This document shows positions 39,659 through 39,746 of a DNA stretch of 39,746 bases, in pieces. Origin of the DNA: Ministeria vibrans ATCC 50519 (lineage: Eukaryota > Protista > Filasterea); contig CALSCP010001907.1 of NCBI GenBank assembly GCA_943704425.1, positions 1-39,746 of the forward strand, in the 5' to 3' direction. A program made the translations under genes and the position numbers. The notes beneath the pieces were generated by a model. It was not told the origin of the DNA. It saw only the letters and a list, made by a program, of their open reading frames with translations, and searched no databases. How positions within the stretch are numbered: position 1 is the first letter of the stretch; every line of letters begins with the position of its first letter.

Positions 39659-39746
39659 TCTCACTCACTCTCTCTCTCTCTCTCTCTCTCACTCACGAAT
39701 GTGCATCTCTCCACCCAGTGGCCCTGCAACTGCGTTCTATCCCTCC
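34134..39746 (+). CDS. TAF2: TFIID subunit 2 (aminopeptidase-like fold); many exons, continues beyond window
   Basis: VGFAVGPF, AQWFGG, DEWIAVGL, QWVYGGG..FSKRNNAVEL, LDPERAW..QLMLSRDVSTQ, FWRVRC, NDNSEND|YSD and DRILPSHR|YVITTACL occur in the order expected for TAF2. Confidence 0.85.
35455..35680 (-). repeat. Same minisatellite in the opposite orientation, (GA)n-AACAAAGTGATA, in a TAF2 intron
   Basis: Tandem agagaaacaaagtgatagagag units. Confidence 0.9.

Overview
Compact, intron-rich eukaryotic genomic DNA with the standard code, GT-AG introns, microsatellite-filled introns and three N-gaps. Gene content (Notch-type EGF repeats, tandem-domain receptor PTP, WIP, SPATA24-like, APAF1-like NTPase) points to a unicellular holozoan, probably a choanoflagellate; this is inference. 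I reconstructed 15 genes by hand. In order: (-) a type II membrane protein with EGF, degenerate GT4/GT2 glycosyltransferase domains, a mucin-like repeat and Notch-like EGF repeats, which runs off the left edge and is missing from the ORF track; (-) SPATA24-like coiled-coil protein; (+) two-domain PTP with almost no ectodomain and a predicted -DSLV PDZ tail; (-) intronless 1457-aa HEPN(DUF4559/CXorf38-like)-NB-ARC-WD40 STAND protein; (+) peroxisomal catalase; head-to-head HSP60/HSP10; (-) YqcI/YcgG-like protein; (-) intronless DUF5672 protein; a divergent pair of ARF GTPases that both have Arg in place of the catalytic Gln; (-) mitochondrial citrate synthase; (+) WIP/verprolin; (+) TSEN15; (+) TAF2, which runs off the right edge. 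The best candidates for new biology are the HEPN-RNase/APAF1-like immune receptor and the pseudo-glycosyltransferase/Notch-EGF surface protein. All family assignments come from motif recognition and recalled sequences, not database searches.
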